Shown: positions 24,401-36,300 of the stretch, in pieces
How the letters are laid out: each line of letters opens with the position of its first letter
How positions within the stretch are numbered: the stretch's first letter is position 1
From: the human T2T-CHM13v2.0 reference genome, Homo sapiens
Length of the DNA stretch: 64,000 nucleotides
Strand: one strand, 5' to 3'
NCBI RefSeq assembly: GCF_009914755.1
Contig: NC_060934.1
Made by a program: the position numbers and the translations under genes
The notes under the pieces: model-generated
What the model was told of the DNA's origin: nothing
Databases searched by the model: none
Seen by the model: the letters and a program-made list of their open reading frames with translations, nothing else

Positions 24401-27400
24401 TTGAAACACTCTTTTTGTGGAATTTGCAAGTGGAGATTTCAAGCGATTTGACGCCAATCTGAGACATGGAAATATCTTCATATTAAAAGTACACAGAGTC
24501 ATTCGTAGAAACTAGTTTGTGATGTGTGCCTTCAACTCACAGAGTTTAACCTTTCTTTTCATAGAGCAGTTGGGAAACACTCTATTTGTAAAGTCTGCAA
24601 GTGGATATTTGGACCTCTTTGAGGCCTTCGTTGGAAACGGGATTTCTTCATATAACGCTAGACAGAAGAATTCTCAGTAACTTCTTTGTGTTGTGTGTAT
24701 TCAACTCACAGAGTTGAACCTTTCTTTAGAGGGAGCAGAGGTGAAACACTCTTTTTGTGGAATTTGCTAGTGTAGATTTCAAACGCTTCGAAGACAGTGA
24801 TAGAAAAGGATATATCTTCGTATTAAAAGTAGACAAAATCATTCTCAGAAAACTCTTTGTGATGTGTGTGTTCAACTCACAGAGTTTAACCTTTCTTTAA
24901 TCGAGCAGTTTGGAAATACACTCTTTGTAAGTCTGCAGGTGGATATTTGGCCCTCTTTGAGCCCTTCGTTGGAAACGGGATTTCCTCATATAATGCTAGA
25001 CAGAAGAATTCTCAGTAACTTCTTTGTGTTGTTTGTATTCAACACACAGATTTGAACCTTCCTTTAGAGAGAGCAGATTTGAAACACGCTGTTTTTGGAA
25101 TTTGCAAGTGCAGATTTCAAGCGCTTCTAGGCCTATGGCAGAAAAGGAAATATCTTCGTATAAAAACTACACAGAATCATTCTCAACAACTACTTTGTGA
25201 TGTGTGCGTTCAACTCACAGAGTTTAACCTTTCTTTTCATAGAGCAGTTTGGAAACACTCTGTTTGTAAAGCCTGCAAGTGCTTTTTTGGACTTCATTGA
25301 GGCCTTCGTTGGAAACGGGATTTCTTCATATAATGCTAGACAGAAGAATTCTCAGTCACTTCTTTGTGTTGTGTGTATTCAAGTCACAGAGTTGAACCTT
25401 CCTTTAGACAGAGCAGTTTTGAAAAATTCTTTCTGTGGAGTTTGCAAGTGGAGATTTCAAGCGATTTGAGGCTAATCTTTGAAATGGAAATATCTTCGTG
25501 TAAAAACTACACAGAATCATTCTCAGAAACTGCTTTGTCATCTGTGCGTTCAGTTCACAGAGTTTCACCTTTCTCTTCATAGAGCAGTTTGGAAAGACTC
25601 TGTCTGTAAAGTCTGCAAGTGATTAGTTAGACCCCTTTGAGGCCTTCGTTGGAAGCGGGATTTCTCATTTACTGCTAGACAGAAGAATTCTCAGTAAATC
25701 CTTTGTGTTGTGTGTATTCAACTCACAGAGTGGAACCTTCCTTTATTCAGAGCAGTTTTGAAAAACACTTTTTGTGGAATTTGCAAGTGGAGATTTCAAG
25801 CGATTTGACGCCAATCTTAGACATGGAAATATCTTCATATTAAAAGTACACAGAGTCATTCGTAGAAACTAGTTTGTGATGTGTGCCTTCAACTCACAGA
25901 GTTTAACCTTTCTTTTCATAGAGCAGTTTGGAAACACTCTATTTGTAAAGTCTGCAAGTGGATATTTGGACCTCTTTGAGGCCTTCGTTGGAAACGGGAT
26001 TTCTTCATACAACGCTAGACAGAAGAATTCTCAGTAACTTCTTTGTGTTGTGTGTATTCAACTCACAGAGTTGAACCTTTCTTTAGAGAGAGCAGAGTTG
26101 AAACACTCTGTTTTTGGAATTTGCAACTGCAGATTTCAAGCGATTCTAGGCCTATGGCAGAAAAGGAAATATCTTCGTATAAAAACTACACAGAATCATT
26201 CTCAACAACTACTTTGTGATGTGTGCGTTCAACTCACAGAGTTTAACCTTTCTTTTCATAGAGCAGTTTGGAAACACTCTGTTTGTAAAGCCTGCAAGTG
26301 CTTTTTTGGACTTCATTGAGGCCTTCGTTGGAAACGGGATTTCTTCATGTAATGCTAGACAGAAGAATTCTCAGTCACTTCTTTGTGTTGTGTGTATTCA
26401 AGTCACAGAGTTGAACCTTCCTTTAGACAGAGCAGTTTTGAAAAATTCTTTCTGTGGAGTTTGCAAGTGGAGATTTCAAGCGATTTGAGGCTAATCTTTG
26501 AAATGGAAATATCTTCGTGTAAAAACTACACAGAATCATTCTCAGAAACTGCTTTGTCATCTGTGCGTTCAGTTCACAGAGTTTCACCTTTCTCTTCATA
26601 GAGCAGTTTGGAAAGACTCTGTCTGTAAAGTCTGCAAGTGATTAGTTAGACCCCTTTGAGGCCTTCGTTGGAAGCGGGATTTCTCATTTACTGCTAGACA
26701 GAAGAATTCTCAGTAAATCCTTTGTGTTGTGTGTATTCAACTCACAGAGTGGAACCTTCCTTTATTCAGAGCAGTTTTGAAACACTCTTTTTGTGGAATT
26801 TGCAAGTGGAGATTTCAAGCGATTTGACGCCAATCTGAGACATGGAAATATCTTCATATTAAAAGTACACAGAGTCATTCGTAGAAACTAGTTTGTGATG
26901 TGTGCCTTCAACTCACAGAGTTTAACCTTTCTTTTCATAGAGCAGTTGGGAAACACTCTATTTGTAAAGTCTGCAAGTGGATATTTGGACCTCTTTGAGG
27001 CCTTCGTTGGAAACGGGATTTCTTCATATAACGCTAGACAGAAGAATTCTCAGTAACTTCTTTGTGTTGTGTGTATTCAACTCACAGAGTTGAACCTTTC
27101 TTTAGAGGGAGCAGAGGTGAAACACTCTTTTTGTGGAATTTGCTAGTGTAGATTTCAAACGCTTCGAAGACAGTGATAGAAAAGGATATATCTTCGTATT
27201 AAAAGTAGACAAAATCATTCTCAGAAAACTCTTTGTGATGTGTGTGTTCAACTCACAGAGTTTAACCTTTCTTTAATCGAGCAGTTTGGAAATACACTCT
27301 TTGTAAGTCTGCAGGTGGATATTTGGCCCTCTTTGAGCCCTTCGTTGGAAACGGGATTTCCTCATATAATGCTAGACAGAAGAATTCTCAGTAACTTCTT

Positions 27401-30400
27401 TGTGTTGTTTGTATTCAACACACAGATTTGAACCTTCCTTCAGAGAGAGCAGATTTGAAACACGCTGTTTTTGGAATTTGCAAGTGCAGATTTCAAGCGC
27501 TTCTAGGCCTATGGCAGAAAAGGAAATATCTTCGTATAAAAACTACACAGAATCATTCTCAACAACTACTTTGTGATGTGTGCGTTCAACTCACAGAGTT
27601 TAACCTTTCTTTTCATAGAGCAGTTTGGAAACACTCTGTTTGTAAAGCCTGCAAGTGCTTTTTTGGACTTCATTGAGGCCTTCGTTGGAAACGGGATTTC
27701 TTCATATAATGCTAGACAGAAGAATTCTCAGTCACTTCTTTGTGTTGTGTGTATTCAAGTCACAGAGTTGAACCTTCCTTTAGACAGAGCAGTTTTGAAA
27801 AATTCTTTCTGTGGAGTTTGCAAGTGGAGATTTCAAGCGATTTGAGGCTAATCTTTGAAATGGAAATATCTTCGTGTAAAAACTACACAGAATCATTCTC
27901 AGAAACTGCTTTGTCATCTGTGCGTTCAGTTCACAGAGTTTCACCTTTCTCTTCATAGAGCAGTTTGGAAAGACTCTGTCTGTAAAGTCTGCAAGTGATT
28001 AGTTAGACCCCTTTGAGGCCTTCGTTGGAAGCGGGATTTCTCATTTACTGCTAGACAGAAGAATTCTCAGTAAATCCTTTGTGTTGTGTGTATTCAACTC
28101 ACAGAGTGGAACCTTCCTTTATTCAGAGCAGTTTTGAAAAACACTTTTTGTGGAATTTGCAAGTGGAGATTTCAAGCGATTTGACGCCAATCTTAGACAT
28201 GGAAATATCTTCATATTAAAAGTACACAGAGTCATTCGTAGAAACTAGTTTGTGATGTGTGCCTTCAACTCACAGAGTTTAACCTTTCTTTTCATAGAGC
28301 AGTTTGGAAACACTCTATTTGTAAAGTCTGCAAGTGGATATTTGGACCTCTTTGAGGCCTTCGTTGGAAACGGGATTTCTTCATACAACGCTAGACAGAA
28401 GAATTCTCAGTAACTTCTTTGTGTTGTGTGTATTCAACTCACAGAGTTGAACCTTTCTTTAGAGAGAGCAGAGTTGAAACACTCTGTTTTTGGAATTTGC
28501 AACTGCAGATTTCAAGCGATTCTAGGCCTATGGCAGAAAAGGAAATATCTTCGTATAAAAACTACACAGAATCATTCTCAACAACTACTTTGTGATGTGT
28601 GCGTTCAACTCACAGAGTTTAACCTTTCTTTTCATAGAGCAGTTTGGAAACACTCTGTTTGTAAAGCCTGCAAGTGCTTTTTTGGACTTCATTGAGGCCT
28701 TCGTTGGAAACGGGATTTCTTCATGTAATGCTAGACAGAAGAATTCTCAGTCACTTCTTTGTGTTGTGTGTATTCAAGTCACAGAGTTGAACCTTCCTTT
28801 AGACAGAGCAGTTTTGAAAAATTCTTTCTGTGGAGTTTGCAAGTGGAGATTTCAAGCGATTTGAGGCTAATCTTTGAAATGGAAATATCTTCGTGTAAAA
28901 ACTACACAGAATCATTCTCAGAAACTGCTTTGTCATCTGTGCGTTCAGTTCACAGAGTTTCACCTTTCTCTTCATAGAGCAGTTTGGAAAGACTCTGTCT
29001 GTAAAGTCTGCAAGTGATTAGTTAGACCCCTTTGAGGCCTTCGTTGGAAGCGGGATTTCTCATTTACTGCTAGACAGAAGAATTCTCAGTAAATCCTTTG
29101 TGTTGTGTGTATTCAACTCACAGAGTGGAACCTTCCTTTATTCAGAGCAGTTTTGAAACACTCTTTTTGTGGAATTTGCAAGTGGAGATTTCAAGCGATT
29201 TGACGCCAATCTTAGACATGGAAATATCTTCACATTAAAAGTACACAGAGTCATTCGTAGAAACTAGTTTGTGATGTGTGCCTTCAACTCACAGAGTTTA
29301 ACCTTTCTTTTCATAGAGCAGTTGGGAAACACTCTATTTGTAAAGTCTGCAAGTGGATATTTGGACCTCTTTGAGGCCTTCGTTGGAAACGGGATTTCTT
29401 CATATAACGCTAGACAGAAGAATTCTCAGTAACTTCTTTGTGTTGTGTGTATTCAACTCACAGAGTTGAACCTTTCTTTAGAGGGAGCAGAGGTGAAACA
29501 CTCTTTTTGTGGAATTTGCTAGTGTAGATTTCAAACGCTTCGAAGACAGTGATAGAAAAGGATATATCTTCGTATTAAAAGTAGACAAAATCATTCTCAG
29601 AAAACTCTTTGTGATGTGTGTGTTCAACTCACAGAGTTTAACCTTTCTTTAATCGAGCAGTTTGGAAATACACTCTTTGTAAGTCTGCAGGTGGATATTT
29701 GGCCCTCTTTGAGCCCTTCGTTGGAAACGGGATTTCCTCATATAATGCTAGACAGAAGAATTCTCAGTAACTTCTTTGTGTTGTTTGTATTCAACACACA
29801 GATTTGAACCTTCCTTTAGAGAGAGCAGATTTGAAACACTCTGTTTTTGGAATTTGCAAGTGCAGATTTCAAGCGCTTCTAGGCCTATGGCAGAAAAGGA
29901 AATATCTTCGTATAAAAACTACACAGAATCATTCTCAACAACTACTTTGTGATGTGTGCGTTCAACTCACAGAGTTTAACCTTTCTTTTCATAGAGCAGT
30001 TTGGAAACACTCTGTTTGTAAAGCCTGCAAGTGCTTTTTTGGACTTCATTGAGGCCTTCGTTGGAAACGGGATTTCTTCATATAATGCTAGACAGAAGAA
30101 TTCTCAGTCACTTCTTTGTGTTGTGTGTATTCAAGTCACAGAGTTGAACCTTCCTTTAGACAGAGCAGTTTTGAAAAATTCTTTCTGTGGAGTTTGCAAG
30201 TGGAGATTTCAAGCGATTTGAGGCTAATCTTTGAAATGGAAATATCTTCGTGTAAAAACTACACAGAATCATTCTCAGAAACTGCTTTGTCATCTGTGCG
30301 TTCAGTTCACAGAGTTTCACCTTTCTCTTCATAGAGCAGTTTGGAAAGACTCTGTCTGTAAAGTCTGCAAGTGATTAGTTAGACCCCTTTGAGGCCTTCG

Positions 30401-33343
30401 TTGGAAGCGGGATTTCTCATTTACTGCTAGACAGAAGAATTCTCAGTAAATCCTTTGTGTTGTGTGTATTCAACTCACAGAGTGGAACCTTCCTTTATTC
30501 AGAGCAGTTTTGAAAAACACTTTTTGTGGAATTTGCAAGTGGAGATTTCAAGCGATTTGACGCCAATCTTAGACATGGAAATATCTTCATATTAAAAGTA
30601 CACAGAGTCATTCGTAGAAACTAGTTTGTGATGTGTGCCTTCAACTCACAGAGTTTAACCTTTCTTTTCATAGAGCAGTTTGGAAACACTCTATTTGTAA
30701 AGTCTGCAAGTGGATATTTGGACCTCTTTGAGGCCTTCGTTGGAAACGGGATTTCTTCATACAACGCTAGACAGAAGAATTCTCAGTAACTTCTTTGTGT
30801 TGTGTGTATTCAACTCACAGAGTTGAACCTTTCTTTAGAGAGAGCAGAGTTGAAACACTCTGTTTTTGGAATTTGCAACTGCAGATTTCAAGCGATTCTA
30901 GGCCTATGGCAGAAAAGGAAATATCTTCGTATAAAAACTACACAGAATCATTCTCAACAACTACTTTGTGATGTGTGCGTTCAACTCACAGAGTTTAACC
31001 TTTCTTTTCATAGAGCAGTTTGGAAACACTCTGTTTGTAAAGCCTGCAAGTGCTTTTTTGGACTTCATTGAGGCCTTCGTTGGAAACGGGATTTCTTCAT
31101 GTAATGCTAGACAGAAGAATTCTCAGTCACTTCTTTGTGTTGTGTGTATTCAAGTCACAGAGTTGAACCTTCCTTTAGACAGAGCAGTTTTGAAAAATTC
31201 TTTCTGTGGAGTTTGCAAGTGGAGATTTCAAGCGATTTGAGGCTAATCTTTGAAATGGAAATATCTTCGTGTAAAAACTACACAGAATCATTCTCAGAAA
31301 CTGCTTTGTCATCTGTGCGTTCAGTTCACAGAGTTTCACCTTTCTCTTCATAGAGCAGTTTGGAAAGACTCTGTCTGTAAAGTCTGCAAGTGATTAGTTA
31401 GACCCCTTTGAGGCCTTCGTTGGAAGCGGGATTTCTCATTTACTGCTAGACAGAAGAATTCTCAGTAAATCCTTTGTGTTGTGTGTATTCAACTCACAGA
31501 GTGGAACCTTCCTTTATTCAGAGCAGTTTTGAAACACTCTTTTTGTGGAATTTGCAAGTGGAGATTTCAAGCGATTTGACGCCAATCTTAGACATGGAAA
31601 TATCTTCATATTAAAAGTACACAGAGTCATTCGTAGAAACTAGTTTGTGATGTGTGCCTTCAACTCACAGAGTTTAACCTTTCTTTTCATAGAGCAGTTG
31701 GGAAACACTCTATTTGTAAAGTCTGCAAGTGGATATTTGGACCTCTTTGAGGCCTTCGTTGGAAACGGGATTTCTTCATATAACGCTAGACAGAAGAATT
31801 CTCAGTAACTTCTTTGTGTTGTGTGTATTCAACTCACAGAGTTGAACCTTTCTTTAGAGGGAGCAGAGGTGAAACACTCTTTTTGTGGAATTTGCTAGTG
31901 TAGATTTCCAACGCTTCGAAGACAGTGATAGAAAAGGATATATCTTCGTATTAAAAGTAGACAAAATCATTCTCAGAAAACTCTTTGTGATGTGTGTGTT
32001 CAACTCACAGAGTTTAACCTTTCTTTAATCGAGCAGTTTGGAAATACACTCTTTGTAAGTCTGCTGGTGGATATTTGGCCCTCTTTGAGCCCTTCGTTGG
32101 AAACGGGATTTCCTCATATAATGCTAGACAGAAGAATTCTCAGTAACTTCTTTGTGTTGTTTGTATTCAACACACAGATTTGAACCTTCCTTTAGAGAGA
32201 GCAGATTTGAAACACTCTGTTTTTGGAATTTGCAAGTGCAGATTTCAAGCGCTTCTTGGCCTATGGCAGAAAAGGAAATATCTTCGTATAAAAACTACAC
32301 AGAATCATTCTCAACAACTACTTTGTGATGTGTGCGTTCAACTCACAGAGTTTAACCTTTCTTTTCATAGAGCAGTTTGGAAACACTCTGTTTGTAAAGC
32401 CTGCAAGTGCTTTTTTGGACTTCATTGAGGCCTTCGTTGGAAACGGGATTTCTTCATATAATGCTAGACAGAAGAATTCTCAGTCACTTCTTTGTGTTGT
32501 GTGTATTCAAGTCACAGAGTTGAACCTTCCTTTAGACAGAGCAGTTTTGAAAAATTCTTTCTGTGGAGTTTGCAAGTGGAGATTTCAAGCGATTTGAGGC
32601 TAATCTTTGAAATGGAAATATCTTCGTGTAAAAACTACACAGAATCATTCTCAGAAACTGCTTTGTCATCTGTGCGTTCAGTTCACAGAGTTTCACCTTT
32701 CTCTTCATAGAGCAGTTTGGAAAGACTCTGTCTGTAAAGTCTGCAAGTGATTAGTTAGACCCCTTTGAGGTCTTCGTTGGAAGCGGGATTTCTCATTTAC
32801 TGCTAGACAGAAGAATTCTCAGTAAATCCTTTGTGTTGTGTGTATTCAACTCACAGAGTGGAACCTTCCTTTATTCAGAGCAGTTTTGAAAAACACTTTT
32901 TGTGGAATTTGCAAGTGGAGATTTCAAGCGATTTGACGCCAATCTTAGACATGGAAATATCTTCATATTAAAAGTACACAGAGTCATTCGTAGAAACTAG
33001 TTTGTGATGTGTGCCTTCAACTCACAGAGTTTAACCTTTCTTTTCATAGAGCAGTTTGGAAACACTCTATTTGTAAAGTCTGCAAGTGGATATTTGGACC
33101 TCTTTGAGGCCTTCGTTGGAAACGGGATTTCTTCATACAACGCTAGACAGAAGAATTCTCAGTAACTTCTTTGTGTTGTGTGTATTCAACTCACAGAGTT
33201 GAACCTTTCTTTAGAGAGAGCAGAGTTGAAACACTCTGTTTTTGGAATTTGCAACTGCAGATTTCAAGCGATTCTAGGCCTATGGCAGAAAAGGAAATAT
33301 CTTCGTATAAAAACTACACAGAATCATTCTCAACAACTACTTT
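21464..33343 (+). repeat. Tandem 14-monomer (8+6) super-repeat, 2376-bp period, five copies
   Basis: Strict 1357/1019 alternation. The CATGTAATG variant occurs in units 23840, 26216, 28592 and 30968, spaced 2376 bp. Confidence 0.9.
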
Positions 33344-36300
33344 GTGATGTGTGCGTTCAACTCACAGAGTTTAACCTTTCTTTTCATAGAGCAGTTTGGA
33401 AACACTCTGTTTGTAAAGCCTGCAAGTGCTTTTTTGGACTTCATTGAGGCCTTCGTTGGAAACGGGATTTCTTCATATAATGCTAGACAGAAGAATTCTC
33501 AGTCACTTCTTTGTGTTGTGTGTATTCAAGTCACAGAGTTGAACCTTCCTTTAGACAGAGCAGTTTTGAAAAATTCTTTCTGTGTAATTTGCAAGTGGAG
33601 ATTTCAAGCGATTTGAGGCTAATCTTTGAAATGGAAATATCTTCGTGTAAAAACTACACAGAATCATTCTCAGAAACTGCTTTGTCATCTGTGCGTTCAG
33701 TTCACAGAGTTTCACCTTTCTCTTCATAGAGCAGTTTGGAAAGACTCTGTCTGTAAAGTCTGCAAGTGATTAGTTAGACCCCTTTGAGGCCTTCGTTGGA
33801 AGCGGGATTTCTCATTTACTGCTAGACAGAAGAATTCTCAGTAAATCCTTTGTGTTGTGTGTATTCAACTCACAGAGTGGAACCTTCCTTTATTCAGAGC
33901 AGTTTTGAAAAACACTTTTTGTGGAATTTGCAAGTGGAGATTTCAAGCGATTTGACGCCAATCTTAGACATGGAAATATCTTCATATTAAAAGTACACAG
34001 AGTCATTCGTAGAAACTAGTTTGTGATGTGTGCCTTCAACTCACAGAGTTTAACCTTTCTTTTCATAGAGCAGTTTGGAAACACTCTATTTGTAAAGTCT
34101 GCAAGTGGATATTTGGACCTCTTTGAGGCCTTCGTTGGAAACGGGATTTCTTCATACAACGCTAGACAGAAGAATTCTCAGTAACTTCTTTGTGTTGTGT
34201 GTATTCAACTCACAGAGTTGAACCTTTCTTTAGAGAGAGCAGAGTTGAAACACTCTGTTTTTGGAATTTGCAACTGCAGATTTCAAGCGATTCTAGGCCT
34301 ATGGCAGAAAAGGAAATATCTTCGTATAAAAACTACACAGAATCATTCTCAACAACTACTTTGTGATGTGTGCGTTCAACTCACAGAGTTTAACCTTTCT
34401 TTTCATAGAGCAGTTTGGAAACACTCTGTTTGTAAAGCCTGCAAGTGCTTTTTTGGACTTCATTGAGGCCTTCGTTGGAAACGGGATTTCTTCATGTAAT
34501 GCTAGACAGAAGAATTCTCAGTCACTTCTTTGTGTTGTGTGTATTCAAGTCACAGAGTTGAACCTTACTTTAGACAGAGCAGTTTTGAAAAATTCTTTCT
34601 GTGGAGTTTGCAAGTGGAGATTTCAAGCGATTTGAGGCTAATCTTTGAAATGGAAATATCTTCGTGTAAAAACTACACAGAATCATTCTCAGAAACTGCT
34701 TTGTCATCTGTGCGTTCAGTTCACAGAGTTTCACCTTTCTCTTCATAGAGCAGTTTGGAAAGACTCTGTCTGTAAAGTCTGCAAGTGATTAGTTAGACCC
34801 CTTTGAGGCCTTCGTTGGAAGCGGGATTTCTCATTTACTGCTAGACAGAAGAATTCTCAGTAAATCCTTTGTGTTGTGTGTATTCAACTCACAGAGTGGA
34901 ACCTTCCTTTATTCAGAGCAGTTTTGAAACACTCTTTTTGTGGAATTTGCAAGTGGAGATTTCAAGCGATTTGACGCCAATCTTAGACATGGAAATATCT
35001 TCATATTAAAAGTACACAGAGTCATTCGTAGAAACTAGTTTGTGATGTGTGCCTTCAACTCACAGAGTTTAACCTTTCTTTTCATAGAGCAGTTGGGAAA
35101 CACTCTATTTGTAAAGTCTGCAAGTGGATATTTGGACCTCTTTGAGGCCTTCGTTGGAAACGGGATTTCTTCATATAACGCTAGACAGAAGAATTCTCAG
35201 TAACTTCTTTGTGTTGTGTGTATTCAACTCACAGAGTTGAACCTTTCTTTAGAGGGAGCAGAGGTGAAACACTCTTTTTGTGGAATTTGCTAGTGTAGAT
35301 TTCAAACGCTTCGAAGACAGTGATAGAAAAGGATATATCTTCGTATTAAAAGTAGACAAAATCATTCTCAGAAAACTCTTTGTGATGTGTGTGTTCAACT
35401 CACAGAGTTTAACCTTTCTTTAATCGAGCAGTTTGGAAATACACTCTTTGTAAGTCTGCAGGTGGATATTTGGCCCTCTTTGAGCCCTTCGTTGGAAACG
35501 GGATTTCCTCATATAATGCTAGACAGAAGAATTCTCAGTAACTTCTTTGTGTTGTTTGTATTCAACACACAGATTTGAACCTTCCTTTAGAGAGAGCAGA
35601 TTTGAAACACTCTGTTTTTGGAATTTGCAAGTGCAGATTTCAAGCGCTTCTAGGCCTATGGCAGAAAAGGAAATATCTTCGTATAAAAACTACACAGAAT
35701 CATTCTCAACAACTACTTTGTGATGTGTGCGTTCAACTCACAGAGTTTAACCTTTCTTTTCATAGAGCAGTTTGGAAACACTCTGTTTGTAAAGCCTGCA
35801 AGTGCTTTTTTGGACTTCATTGAGGCCTTCGTTGGAAACGGGATTTCTTCATATAATGCTAGACAGAAGAATTCTCAGTCACTTCTTTGTGTTGTGTGTA
35901 TTCAAGTCACAGAGTTGAACCTTCCTTTAGACAGAGCAGTTTTGAAAAATTCTTTCTGTGGAGTTTGCAAGTGGAGATTTCAAGCTATTTGAGGCTAATC
36001 TTTGAAATGGAAATATCTTCGTGTAAAAACTACACAGAATCATTCTCAGAAACTGCTTTGTCATCTGTGCGTTCAGTTCACAGAGTTTCACCTTTCTCTT
36101 CATAGAGCAGTTTGGAAAGACTCTGTCTGTAAAGTCTGCAAGTGATTAGTTAGACCCCTTTGAGGCCTTCGTTGGAAGCGGGATTTCTCATTTACTGCTA
36201 GACAGAAGAATTCTCAGTAAATCCTTTGTGTTGTGTGTATTCAACTCACAGAGTGGAACCTTCCTTTATTCAGAGCAGTTTTGAAAAACACTTTTTGTGG

